Positions 1 through 12,093 of a stretch of DNA of 58,237 nt are shown one piece after another. The stretch's first letter is position 1. Each line of letters starts with the position of its first letter. Where the stretch lies: NCBI GenBank assembly GCA_000934665.2, contig KZ538621.1, positions 1 through 58,237 of the forward strand, in the 5' to 3' direction. The DNA is from Catajapyx aquilonaris. Lineage: Eukaryota. The notes under the pieces are model-generated. The model did not search any database. It was not told where the DNA came from and saw nothing but the letters and a program-made list of their open reading frames with translations. Both the position numbers and the translations under genes were made by a program.

Positions 1-297
1 GACGTGTGATGTGTGGCGTGTGTACCGAAACAAACCATGATCGATGGACACCTTGAAAGAAACATCATCCAAGAAATTCAGGCAGTGCCTCAGGACAAGC
101 TGGCCAGGACCTTCCAAAATGTGGAGTATCGTGTTCAGGCCTACCTGGATGCAAATTATGGCTACTTCCAGCACATGTTGTGATGCTATTTCCTTTCTCA
201 CATAATGTTGGTTCAGTTCTAATTTCGTTGCGTTATCGTCATTTGTGTTACAGTTATTAAAGAAATGCAGGGTAAAGTAGGTAGTGAGACACTTGCA
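1..297 (+). mobile_element. Degenerate 3' end of a Tc1/mariner-superfamily transposase
   Basis: Translates, with a stop and a frameshift, as VYRNKP*SMDTLK/NIIQEIQAVPQDKLARTFQNVEYRVQAYLDANYGYFQHML*, typical of the C-terminus of DUF4817-associated Tc1/mariner transposases. Confidence 0.65.
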
Positions 298-349
298 TAA
301 AGCTAACATTTTGCAACAAGAATAGTACCAGTGTTCAATTGGGGTTTTA

Positions 350-683
350 AGGCGGTTTCACATGGGCAGTTGCAGCTGCAGCTGGAGTCGGAGTTGGACT
401 CCACACACCAATGAGAGCGAGGCGGCAGCTGTCGCAGTCGCACCGCATGAAAGTTGGCTGGGCCGGTCTTTTGGAATCTTGCAACTGCAGCTAGGAGCTG
501 ATGGCCAACCAGGCAGAATGGCGGGACCTTGCAGGCAGGCTGATTGGCGGGCTGACTGGACAAGCGACAGCAACAACTCCATAAATGGAACACCCGTGTG
601 AAACCCTACTTCACGCTGATTGGCGGGACCTTGTGACGACTCTGACTCCTGCGGCATCTGCAACTGCCCGTGTGAAGCTGCCT
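350..683. mobile_element. PIF/Harbinger-type MITE
   Basis: TIRs aggcggtttcacatgggcagttgcag / ctgcaactgcccgtgtgaagctgcct; TTA on both flanks (347-349, 684-686). Confidence 0.75.
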
Positions 684-725
684 TTAGCCAGTTCACTACA
701 TATTTTCAACAATTTCAATAAAATA

Positions 726-987
726 CCGAAGCAGGTTGGTGTAGGGGTTAAGGAGCCAGACTGCTAATCAGAAGGTCCTGGGTTCGAATCCCGGGGCCGG
801 CGATCCTGACCGTGATTTTCTCTGGTATTCCACGGTCCCCCCAGGATAATTCCGGGGTCTCTTCCGTATATAATAATAGGCCACAGTCGCTTCCTTCCTT
901 CCCTATCCTTGCCCCCATCCAATGATCGTATTCCACCCCCCTAATGGAGCGCCGATTCTCCCAATGGGGTATAAAAAACAAACAAAC
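726..987 (+). mobile_element. tRNA-derived SINE family A (Ser-GCT-like head)
   Basis: A box, gactgctaatc anticodon arm, B box ggttcgaatcc; related copies at 9732, 40339 and 45939; near-TSD aatttYaataaaata-like flanks. Confidence 0.8.
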
Positions 988-3179
988 AATTTAAATAAAA
1001 TAGAGAAATGAACAATAAATAATTTTTCAACATTCCACAATTGTCATTTCTATTGTCAAGGTCAGGCACACATGCTTCAGTTGAGGACTTTAGGTTAAGG
1101 TTACTTCTGTTGGTCAACCTTAACAAGCAAGTTTTTTCATTGCTGACAGCAATGATAGGTTGGTGTAGTTCCGTAGGATTTCTGCCGATAATTAATTTCC
1201 CTGATTGTAGAGAATCAGCCCAATGGTGTTTACTCTTCAAGTGAAGTTGCAGTTTTAACATACTGCTAAATACAGGCTCACCTTCACATAGATCCTTATT
1301 TTTGGTGCACATATAGCCTACATTCCCCAAGATTGTTTTTCATAAGTTAAATTGATGCAGCTTTTATTACCTGGCTAACAGGGTTGGTTTAAGTTGTTAT
1401 TATTCTCATTTCTGAGAACAATCACCATAATGCTTATGGCTATGATAACTGTTCTCATAATGATATAATAATATTTTTCTATTGCCATGGCCTCGTTACA
1501 GTGTCCTTGCACCATTCACACATCTGATTCTCCATTGCCCTCATCGAATACTTTACTTCCCCTCGGCCACTCCCCAACTAAGCTAAAGTTTTTCTGGGAT
1601 GACAGGCAATGCAGATTTCCAAGGAATAGGCATGGAAGAGAAGAATTGATTGGCTGAAGAATCTGGAAGAAAGAATGAGAAGATAGCTAACTCAGAAAAT
1701 TTGACTTTACAAAAAAGACCTGAAGGGAAGGAGAGGAGGAATTCTTGCTGCCAAGGAATGTACAGTTTATACAGGTGATAGCCAAGCTGTTTCATGGGCC
1801 CCTGTCGAGGGGAAGTAGTGATAATTAAGTGGTAGGAATGGAAGATACCTGTGTCAGATGCACAAGTGGATATTGTTAGATATGTTAGAATGTTAGATTA
1901 TAAAGTCATAGGATGAGAGCAAATAAAATAGATGTGGCAAGAGCAGGGAAGACGTGCATGAAGTGATGCATTACATGCACTTAATTATTTTTGGTTACTT
2001 AATCCACAAAACATGACTGAAATTATTTAAATTGACTAGGAGGGTTCATTTTTATTGCCTTGGTCTACATTACAATTTATTTTTATGTAATCAAAGTGAC
2101 ATCATTTGTGGTGACAGCAGGGCCAGCGCAAACGGGGAAATTTGGGAGCAACTTATTGCCTGCCCACCCACCCAGGAAGGCATAGCGCATGCGCTCTCCT
2201 GGGGCACTGAGATCGTGTAGATTTCTTGCGGCCAAGAAATTTGGAGCCGATCTGGGCGTGCTGGCATGGGCTGGGTTGGGCCGCGACACTTGTACCCTCT
2301 AGCGGGCAACATGAATATTTGAATATGTGCATGCTAGTTACCTCCCTCCCACATTTCCCCATTTGCGGCGAGCCTTAGGGTTGACATTGGTGTTGAAGAC
2401 TACTCCATAGTGGCATGGGCCATGGGCTGAAAGGGAGTGATGTGGTTGTGAATGCCGGTGTAATGTGAAGGGGGAAAAAAAAGGATGGAAACCTACTGAA
2501 TGGCGAAAATTTTGCTCCCTACTTGCCTCAGAGAGGTTGTGGTTATTCTTTTACAGTAACAATAGAAACTAGTAATGCAAACAAAGGAAAATATATGGCA
2601 AAATGCAAATGTGAATATTTAAAAAGCGAAAATTAATAGAAAAACACTTCACCCCCTTTATAAGTTTGTACCTTTCCATTTGAAAACTCCACTGATAGAT
2701 GTAAAACACTGAGGTGCTTAATATCTGATTATAGTGTCCGTAATGACACTGCACATTCACAATTGATAGCAGGTGATCACATCACACTCCATCTGTATAT
2801 TGCACAGTGTGTCCAAACGCAAGAACACTTGGACAAAAGTGGTAAAACCAAGTTGGCAGAGTCGTGTCAAATCTGCTCTAATGTAAGAAATTAATGTCTG
2901 AACAATAATAAAAAACCTTTTGGTAGGTTCAATTGAGATGTGTTTTATGCCAGGCAGGTACTCAAGTTGAGTATTCGCCTGCCACCTTTTGTGTTGATTC
3001 AGTCGGCTTCGAATGGTCATGGAAAAAAGATCACCGCATTTCCAAATTCAGGCTCATCCAGATTTTAAGCTGTGCATAAAATACCTCTGGCTAAGAATTA
3101 CTTACTCTCATGTAGCAATTTGAATGTGATTTGAAATGTCGGTGCCAGGTGCTCGTTTGTTGAGGCCTTCATCACGTGT

Positions 3180-3500
3180 ATTTGTCACGTTATTGATTTG
3201 ATTTCAAAGATGGAAAGTAGCGGATTTCACAATATTTCACTTCGAATCACACACCAAACGAAAGACTAGACTCCCTAGTTATAGACTCACTTCGTTTCAA
3301 TGCCACATAATGCCACGTTTTTTTCCAAAAAGGAGGCAGCATTTGTTACGCTACCCCGACAAAAGGTCCAATTATGTGTACTTAAAACTAAGTCAATCTA
3401 TAACAGGGGAGTCTAGTCGTTTGTTTGGTGTCATTCGAAGAGAAACTTGTGAAATTCACTACTTTTCGTCTTGAAAATCAGAGGAATATCGTGACCATCG
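3180..3500. repeat. Degenerate inverted repeat, probable old MITE
   Basis: atttcac...ttcgaatcacacaccaaacgaaagactagactcccc pairs with ggggagtctagtcgtttgtttggtgtcattcgaa...gtgaaat. Confidence 0.55.
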
Positions 3501-3777
3501 TGACAAATCCGCGCGGAATGGAAGCCATTTTTGTCCAAGCATTGTCGCGTTGGAACACACTGTGCAGTGGAGCAATTTTAAATTGTACAGTAATGGCAAG
3601 TTTTGATCTGAGTCCACTGAAATAAGTATATAAGACATTTATGCTATCTTTTTGGATGACATTATGTTTAAGTACCAGTTTCAATATTTTTAAGTACACG
3701 AAAAGGGAGGTGAGGTGTACCATATGGCATATTCATTTTAAAATGAAGTGAACACTTGCAAATAGTGGATTGTAGTC

Positions 3778-4126
3778 GGGGAGGTGTGGTGGCCGTGATG
3801 GTAACGTCTCGGCTTGCTGTGTGAAAGGCCCCAGGTTCGATCCCCGCCTGGGGAACTTTCCTTTCACCTGCGTCAGGAGGGTCTCTGACCTGCACCAAGG
3901 AGGTGTCTGGCAACCTAACCTCCTGGGGAACAGCACATGACCCGTTTTCAGACGTGCACTTGCACCCATGTTCCCTCCCCGAAAATCCCTATCCTTACCT
4001 CTTGTCCTTTCATCCTTGCACTGGTGTTAGAAGAAAATAATAAGAAAATTGAAGGAAAATGGTGGTAATCCACCCCCCTAAAAGGGCCCATGGCCCTAGC
4101 ACGGGGTAACGTAAAAAAAAATAAAA
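3778..4126 (+). mobile_element. tRNA-derived SINE family B
   Basis: A/B boxes (tggccgtgatgg, ggttcgatccc), A-rich tail, TSD aaatagtggattgtagtc (3760-3777 / 4127-4144); five copies in the window. Confidence 0.9.
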
Positions 4127-4186
4127 AAATAGTGGATTGTAGTCACTACCTGCAGCTACAAATTAATGATCCCTTTCTCACTCCAG

Positions 4187-4504
4187 ATGTGCTGTCGCTA
4201 TATCCCAAAGCAAAAACCTGCACTAGTGGGAGTGATCCTGGAGGAGGAAGCACCTCTAAAATCATTCAAGGTGGAAGGGGAAGGGGAAGGGAAGGAGGTA
4301 GGGAAGGAAGAGGAGAATGGGGATGGGGAGGAAGATGCTGGGGGGATGTCAGAACAAGAGCGCCAGCAAGTGGAAACACTAGTGTTGCAAGCCTGGGCTG
4401 CTACTGGGAGAGCAGAAGCAGCACTGGAGCAACTGCAAGAAGAATTGGGGACACTGGAATCCAGCTCAGTGCAAGGGCTACTTGCCTCAGAGGAAAAGAC
4501 ACAA
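4187..4504 (+). CDS. EXOC1: Exocyst complex component 1 (Sec3), internal coding exon
   Basis: ctccag acceptor; MCCRYIPKQKP...AEAALEQLQEELGTLESSSVQGLLASEEKTQ resembles EXOC1 [30 protein letters not shown]; donor probably GC (caa|gcaagt). Confidence 0.85.
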
Positions 4505-4745
4505 GCAAGTCTATATTTGGGTAGGACACATAATGGCCTTTCACAGTCACTCCTGGATAGCTTGGGTTATTTTTTTTAAAACACTAAATATATTGTTATA
4601 GGCCAACACTCACATCACATCTCCTCTGTCAATCTTAGGTAAGACCGAGGGCTGTCATGAAAGGCTAGTATGTTTCCACCAACTTGATCTGCATAGGAGC
4701 ATTATCATGCTATCATAGCTAATATAATTACTTTTATGATGGCAG

Positions 4746-5099
4746 GCACTGTTGTCCAAGCTACAAGAGGCTGAGGACCAGGCCTTACTCCTTGAACAAG
4801 AACTTGCATCCCATGAAGACCGCCTTCGCCCTGTGGCTGCAGCTGTGAGGCGACTAGAGGAAGAAGGGGACAGATTGGACACAGCATCTCGAAACCATCG
4901 CCTTCTGCAAGATCTTCTAAGTGAGATGGTAGCCAAGTTGGATCTGCCCACTGAGCACCGTAAAATACTACAAGACCCACAGCTCTCCAATGCAAATCTC
5001 CAAATGGTACTGGAGGCTGCTACCAGACTCAGGGTGGCCCTGGAGGCAGAGGCAAGCCTGCATCCAGGGTTGGTCAGAATGGCTGCTGTTAAGGAACAG
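4746..5099 (+). CDS. EXOC1: EXOC1/Sec3 coding exon (coiled coil)
   Basis: ggcag acceptor, cag|gtgaga donor, phase 0/0; ALLSKLQEAEDQ...LHPGLVRMAAVKEQ. Confidence 0.9.
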
Positions 5100-7586
5100 G
5101 TGAGAATTTTTATACATGAATAAGCCTGTTGTGGTCGACAGTATAACTCTTATTTCTCTTCCCAAATACCTTTCTCCTGAGTTGCTCCCAGAAAGCATGC
5201 ATCCATAATAGGGAATAGCACACAGTTGTTGTCCATCAGGTAGTGACCAGCCACTTTTCAAAACTTGTTTTTATAACATGTTGTGCAGGTGAAAGGTGTC
5301 GTCTAGAGACTGGTTTCACAGTGGACTACTCATTTTTGGTATTGTTCTTGCTAATATTGTCTGCTGGAAAAGTTTAATGCAGCTTTAAAAAAAAATTATA
5401 CTGAAGTTGGAAAAATGTGGGTTGTAAAGTATTAATTTTGCAATAATTGAACCAGCTCCATGTCACTTCCCCCCTAGTTGTATGGATACGGTAGTTTAAT
5501 TACTGTGTGACCGCCAGGCTGGGAATTTGGCGCTGGCGGCGCTACATCGTTCGCTATCCGGCATCTTTTTCAAGGTGCACTCTGGTTTGGTAAGTCTGCG
5601 GAAGGAAAGAAAGATCCAGCCAATCGCAGCAGACTACCTGCTACCTACCACTCGAGTTGCACCGTGAACAGGATGGCGTCTTAGCGAACCATGTGACACA
5701 GTTATTACACTACCATATTCGAGGAGTGTCACAGGGTTGAATTGAACCAAAGAATCTGAAAATGTGATACTGATATTGCGAGGGTGAATCAGAAAGTAAT
5801 TGAAAACTTTTTTAAATCAGAAGTTTCAATAGAGAAGCTGAAATTGAGATATACATGAAAGGACAAGTCTTTCTCTCATTTTAGACATAGTCACCATGCA
5901 CATTGGTGCATTTGTCCCAGCAGGACACTAGTTTTTCCATACCCCTACAGAAAAAAGCATCAGACTGGGTGGGAAGCCAGTGAGGGATGGCCTCTTTCAC
6001 TTCCTCGATGTTCTGACGTGCCAGATGCTTCTTCATTGGTCCAAAGAGATGGTAGTCCATGGTTAAAACCATCTCCTTGGACCAAAAAAGAAGCACCTGG
6101 GAGGTCAGAACTTCAGCGAGGGTGGGAAGCCAGTAAGGGATGGACTCTTTCACTTCCTTGACGTCGCTGAGGTCTTGAGGAGCTAGTGCTTATTTTTTGG
6201 TCCAAAGAGGTGGTTTTACCCATGGTCTAACATCTTTTTGGACCAATGAAGAAGCACTTGGCAGGTCAGAACTTCAGTGACATCGAGGAAGTGAAAGAGG
6301 CCATCCCCCACTGGCTTCCCACCCAGTCTGATGTTTTTTTCTGCAGGGGTAATGGAAAAGCAAGTGTCCTGCTGGGACAAATGCACCAAAGGGTATGGTG
6401 ACTATGTCTAAAATTAGAGTAAGACTTGCTCTTTCATATGTACGAGGTAGATGCCAAAAGTTTCCGGCATGACTATGTTCCAGGGGTGATGGAAATAAAA
6501 CGACAGTATCATTTTTCAATATAGTCTCCTTGAACATCAATGCACTCTTCTCATATCTCATAATTATCATTTCAATACCTCTGGAAAAATAGTCCAAAGT
6601 TTTGTCTACAAAATGATCATATACTGCCTCTTATATCTCTTCATCACTTTTTAATCGTACCTTGAAGTCCTTTTTTGAGTTTGGATAAGAGGTAGTTGTC
6701 AGTAGGGGCCAGTAGGGTGGGTGATCAAGCTCCTCGAAACCACAGTTCCCCACAGCAGCCATGGAAACATTGTCCTGTAACCTGGTGCATTATCCTGAAG
6801 TTGGAGAACACCTCAACTCAACTTCCCACATCACTTCTTCATGGCATCACGAAACCTGTGCAGCAGGCCAGAATAGGACTCCCCGTAGACAGTCATGTTT
6901 TAATCCTTGAAGTCTATCAGTAAGATTCCTTTGGAATTCCAAAGAATAGTCACCATGGTCTGCTTGGTCGACCGGGTCACTCGGCCTCTTTAGTCTTTAC
7001 GCCCGCCCTACGCCTTTCTATTAATTCTCTTTATGATAGAGGATTATAGCACAGGACCATAGTTTCATCTTCCTGTGACGATGGACTTCAGTACTTCTTT
7101 TCGTTTGCCACGGCGAAGGTCCGAAAACGTTTAGCAGCAGGTTACCAATTTTTGCTTTTAAATTGCAGACAGAAGTCGGGGCACCCATCTTGTGCTGACC
7201 TTTTTCATGTGAAGGTGTTCATGAAGAATGAGAGGAATGGTGGTGTCTGAAAGCCCCAAAAAACTTTAAAACTCTCTAAGCACATCAGATAAAAGCAAGT
7301 AAAATACAATTGCACCGTGGCCATTTTTCTGTTTCTTGCTTCAGCTTGGGGGGGGGGGGGNTTCAGCTTGGGGGGGGTGATCACCCCGATCACCCCTCCC
7401 ATAGATCCGCCCCTGTTGCAGCACCTACTTCTCTACAAGAGAGACAGTCTCTGCTGTCAGCACCTCCACTGAAAGTCGCATAGCTCGCCTTCGATGCTCT
7501 CTCAACCCAAACGAACCCTCTTAGCCTATTCCTTCAAGGTGGAATATGAAGCTTCACCATACACACCATCCAAGCCCCGTTTAATA

Positions 7587-8592
7587 CAGGGTGGACGGAA
7601 AGTTTCGGACCCCCCCAGGTTTTTAAACCCTACTTTTCACAGCGTCTTTTCACATCTTTTAAAAGTCCACAAGCAGTTCTAATGTACACTATCTTTTGAA
7701 GCATAATCTTGAGAACATCTGAGCACCTTCGCTCTCGCAATTCAATTAATAACTTCGCCTCTGTGACTCATCTAAACATCCTATCTGTTTTGCGTTTATT
7801 TTGCTTGTTGCCTTGGAGGACCCCTGGTCATATTCTGCGTCAGATAAGGTTTTTATGACCCTTTTCCATGAGTTCCCCTTCATGCAAATGTTGTGAACTC
7901 ACTCCTGACCTTATTTTTCGCATTGGTCCATAACCTGGTCCAATAAAAATTTGGAAAGGAATGAATGAAATGGCAGACCCGGATGCATTACTTTCGAATT
8001 GGTACCATCACATTTGTCTCCATTTTTACTTTACAATAATTTTTTGATGGGAAAGGATAGCAAATAGTCCTACCTTGGTAAATTAATCAACATGACACAT
8101 CCTTTCGTTCACGTCCTTTCGCACCAAAAAATTATTTTAAAGTAAAAGTGGAGACAAATGTGATGGTACCAATGTGAGAATTCGAAAGTAATGCATCCGG
8201 GTCCGCCATTTCATGCATTCCTTTTCAAATTTTTATTGGACCAGGTTATGGACCAATGCGAAAAATAAGGTCAGGAGTGAGTTCACAACATTTACATGAA
8301 GGGGAACTCATGGAAAAGGGTCATAAAAACCATTTCTGACGCGGAATATGACCAGGGGTCCTCCAAGGCAACAAGCAAAATAAACGCAAAACAGATAGGA
8401 TGTTTAGATGAGTCACAGAGGCGAAGTTATTAATGGAATTGCGAGAGCGAAGGTGCTCAGATGTTCTCAAGATTATGCTTCAAAAGATAGTGTACATTAG
8501 AACTGCTTGTGGACTTTTAAAAGATGTGAAAAGACGCTGTGAAAAGTAGGGTTTAAAAACCTGGGGGGGTCCGAAACTTTCCGTCCACCCTG
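7587..8592. mobile_element. ~1-kb near-perfect palindromic Tc1/mariner-type fold-back MITE
   Basis: TA|cagggtggacggaaagtttcgg...ccgaaactttccgtccaccctg|TA; arms ~460 bp with few mismatches, spacer ~75 bp. Confidence 0.9.
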
Positions 8593-8653
8593 TAGATATG
8601 GGAGTAAGGCCTTCCTTGGTGAGGAACTTGATCACTCTCAATACTCGATTTTA

Positions 8654-8857
8654 GGGAGGCGGAGTGGTGCTGCGGTAGCGCACGCTCCCACGGATGTTAC
8701 ATCCCCTCCTACTTACCCTTGGAACAACTAAACACATCCAGTGTATGGTTCCAAACAAATGGTGGTATCCCACTCCCCCAATAAGGGCCCGAGGTCCGAG
8801 AACGGGGTTCAAAAAATAAAAAATAAATAAAAATAAATAAAATAAAAAATAAAAAAC
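8654..8857 (+). mobile_element. Internally deleted SINE family C
   Basis: Head gggaggcggagtggtgctgcggta shared with the 26793, 27602 and 44301 copies; A-rich tail; TSD actcgatttt. Confidence 0.7.
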
Positions 8858-9731
8858 ACTCGATTTTCACCATGTTGCAACTCGTCTGACTGAAGCTGAC
8901 TTTTCTAAGAGACTGACTGATGTTGCCGGGTGAAACTTGTACATTCCTCCGCTCATAGTTGGGACCACCTGCCAAAATAGTTGTTTTATTTCTGTCACCC
9001 CTGGAACATAGTCAGGCCAGAAACTTTTGGTGCCTACCTGGTATATCTCCATTTCAGTTTCTCTAGTGAAACTTCTGAATTAAAAAAGTTTTCAATTACT
9101 TTCTGATTAACCCTCGTACATCAAAAATTACTTGGCCCTTATCGCCTTATGCCCTCCTTGCTCTGAGTCCCTCGACACCACAGAGATTATTGGACATGCA
9201 CCAAACTCACGTGGTAGGTGCACATGGTGAATCCAGAACCATTCCATGTGTCACAGATGCATTACCAGCAATGAGTGCACAATAGGAGTCATGTCTTGTG
9301 CACCCCACCCAATCTGTGCTCAATGAACCTATCTGGTTTTCTAATTCCACTGGGAGTTCCAGCTAAGTATGACCTTTCTGCTTGTCACAATGACTCACAG
9401 TGGTTGCCCGACTCCATTTTTGTGGACAAAAGTTAATATTATGAAAGTAGTTAGGTTATGCACATATGTTTCACTCTTTCACATCAGAATAGGAAGACTC
9501 CAGAGGTCAAAGCAATAATTCTCATATGTGTACTTGTCACTGGTATTAGCTTTGTGACACCTGGAATGGTTTTGGATTCTCCATAAGCACCAATCACTTA
9601 AGCTTTGTGCGTGGACAATGATCCCAGTTGTGTGCAGAATGGCTCAGAGAAAGTAGCACTTGTCTAGTGTGTAATTTTGATGATTGTGGCATCTTGTTTT
9701 CCAATACCACGTTTCTATTATTTTGAACATT

Positions 9732-10006
9732 ACCAAAGCAGTTTGGAGGAGGGGATATGGTGTCCGACTGCTAATCGGGAGGTCTTGGGATCAAATCCCG
9801 GGGCCGGCAACTCTGACCGTGGTTTTCTGTGGTTTCCCACGGTCCTTCCAGGAAAATTCCGGAGTTGCTTCCGTAATTAATATAGGCCACAGCCGCTTCC
9901 TTTCGTCCCTATCCTATCCCAAACGGCACAGTAAAATGAAAGCAATGAGTTCCAGGCAAAACAAACTTCCCCCCCTAAAGAGCTGATGGCTGATAACGGG
10001 GTATGA

Positions 10007-10084
<78 letters not shown>

Positions 10085-10085
10085 G
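9732..10085 (+). mobile_element. SINE family A with (ATT)n tail
   Basis: tRNA head, body homologous to the 726 copy, long (ATT)n tail, TSD tgaacatt. Confidence 0.8.
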
Positions 10086-10462
10086 TGAACATTCATATTG
10101 GCCAGTGTCACTGTAAGTGGGCAAAAACTTGTCATTTCCTCCCACTAAATCTACAGGTTGTCAAGATTTCAAGAGGTACAAAAAAATTTATTGGTATCTT
10201 AAAAATGATGAGTATATGTTGGTAAAATTTTAACAGGTTACATATTAGTTCATGAGAATCAAAGTAATGCAGCACTGCATGGAACTAGCTTATCTGGAGT
10301 CGCTGGCACATTGTCTCATAGGGCATGGATTATGTGTGTCTTCTACTGAACATGTTACCTTTGAAAAGGTGTCATATGACACCGTGCATTAAAAGTGTGA
10401 AGCAATTTCACATTTACTTCATTATGATTCTCACTTGCCAATCAAATGGCTTTTATTTTCAG

Positions 10463-10835
10463 ATACGTGATCTCTCCGACCTCCGCACTGGATTTGCAAA
10501 GCTTCTATGTGCCCATCTGAACAAGACATTCATCCGCCTTGGCAATGACCCCGATTTGTCATTATCTCCAGGATCAGATCTCAGGTTGACAACCCTGTCT
10601 CGAATCCACCAACAAGTGGTCCCCTATGCAGCACTGGTACATTGGCTAAAGTGCATGGAGCCTAAGAGTTATGAGGGTGTTCAAAAACTCTATTCAGGGG
10701 CAACATCACGTTTATATGAGCGTAACCTGCGCCTGTTCTTTGATGATGCAAAGATGCGTGCATCGCCTGTGGCACTGAGACCTGAGCTCAAGAAGTCACC
10801 TGCAACACCTGAGATTCCTGACTTGGCCTCCAAAG
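10463..10835 (+). CDS. EXOC1: EXOC1/Sec3 coding exon
   Basis: ttttcag acceptor, g|gtgaca donor (phase 0/1); IRDLSDLRTGFAKLLCAHLNKTF...PYAALVHWLK...SRLYERNLRLFF. Confidence 0.9.
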
Positions 10836-11316
10836 GTGACATTTTGAGCTCGTCTTTTGTTGACTAAATATCAGTACACTGTGCACGTAAACACTGCAAA
10901 TGTACACAGTGTACAGAGTGGAACATTACCACACAAACCATTATGTTCATCCGTAGCAGTGTATGAGCTAGTTATATTCATTAACTCTTCATATTACTTC
11001 AGACGTAGGCTTAAAACCTGACATGGAATGATTCAGTAGAGATTAATATTGTAATACAGTTGACTCAGGATATAACAGCCTCGCCTATAACAGACCTCGG
11101 TTATAACAGACTGATTTCCGCAGTCCCTTGAAGTCTGTTATACTGATAAGAAATTTTATTCTTTCACATTTACAATTGGAACAGATAATGTTACAATTTT
11201 TTGATTGAAATTCCAGAGCCTTTGGATTGGTGAACCATGTCATTAATAATAATTAATAATATAATAATTGGTTACCCTGTGTGATAAGCCTTTGACTACT
11301 TAGGGAATCCTATTAA

Positions 11317-11793
11317 AGGGACACTCCACTCAAAATACAAGTTGGGTTTTAAAAATCGGGCAAAAAATCCTGATTCCGAGGGTATAAGCAGTTTTTCTTA
11401 GAGACGAACGGTAAGGCCAGTGTGAAAGCTGGAAGTGTGTCGTTCGAAAACCGCGAGCGGGGCGGTGGGCAACGCCACCAGAGTGGAACCGGGCGGAACT
11501 AGAGAAAGTGATGTCGAGCCAGGGTCCCCTACATGGTTGCCTCCCCCACCCTAACTGTCTAACTGTCTAGGTGGGGGAGGCACTCATGTAGGTGACCCTG
11601 GGCGCGTCTTCTTCCCTACTTCTCCGGTTTGCCACGAGATGCTGTTGTATCGCCCTTCTTAGCAGACGACGTGTGTAGATATATTATTTTCCGTGTTACC
11701 GTTGGGCGTAGGAAAAAACCGATTGCACATTCGGAATCGGGATTCTTTGCCCGATTTTTGGGGGCCAACTTGTATTTTGAGTGGAGTGTCCCT
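11317..11793. mobile_element. Kolobok-like MITE (TTAA TSD, AGG...CCT ends)
   Basis: ttaa|agggacactccactcaaaatacaagttgg ... ccaacttgtattttgagtggagtgtccct|ttaa; second copy at 51712. Confidence 0.8.
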
Positions 11794-12093
11794 TTAACTC
11801 TCTCGCCGCCGTGTCCATACTCCATGGACAAACAAGAATTTTTTGCAAAAATCCATTAATCATAAATGAATGCGGCTTTCAGCATATTCACAAGCAAAAC
11901 ATGCAGAATTCACCACAAAAATCGCATGGTCTTGAAAGTGCTTTGTCTGACTTTTTATATGTATGACGTCATCTTCCAGCGGCCATATTGGGAAAAGTTC
12001 TATGCACAATGATAGAGATTATATGAAGACTAGCTGAATTTTAGCCAAGTTTAGGACTTTTCCCAGAATTAGCAAAACGTAAGACATGGGCAT

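Larger units (their letters stand above)
6443..9041 (-). mobile_element. Degenerate mariner element nested at a TA
   Basis: TA-flanked TIRs cgaggtagatgccaaaagtttccggcatgactatgttccagggg / cccctggaacatagtcaggccagaaacttttggtgcctacctgg; minus-strand remnants MVKIE... and DYFSRGIEMIIMRYEK. Confidence 0.8.
5779..9116. mobile_element. Mariner-derived fold-back element made of two inverted 3' ends, host to nested inserts
   Basis: TIRs cgagggtgaatcagaaagtaattgaaaac / gttttcaattactttctgattaaccctcg; both arms carry the mariner C-terminus (DYHLFGPMKKHL...WDKCTNVHGDYV). Confidence 0.8.

Noticed and set aside
726..800. tRNA genes (Ser-like and other tRNA-like heads)
   Set aside because: Each continues into a multicopy SINE body with a tail and TSD; there is no complete cloverleaf with a Pol III terminator
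3668..3969. Recurrent ORFs PDTSLVQVRDPPDAGE / RRLGCQTPPWCRSE as a gene family
   Set aside because: They are antisense translations of SINE B copies
4090..4524. Gly/Arg-rich 144-aa ORF
   Set aside because: Alternative frame of an EXOC1 exon, starting in a SINE tail
9877..10135. Poly-I/poly-N ORFs (also poly-M at 32540, poly-Y at 34432)
   Set aside because: They are microsatellite translations
11798..11830. Left TIR of the piggyBac (ttaa|ctctctcgccgcc)
   Set aside because: It does not match the right end (expected ccctcggacggt) and lies outside the hAT TSDs
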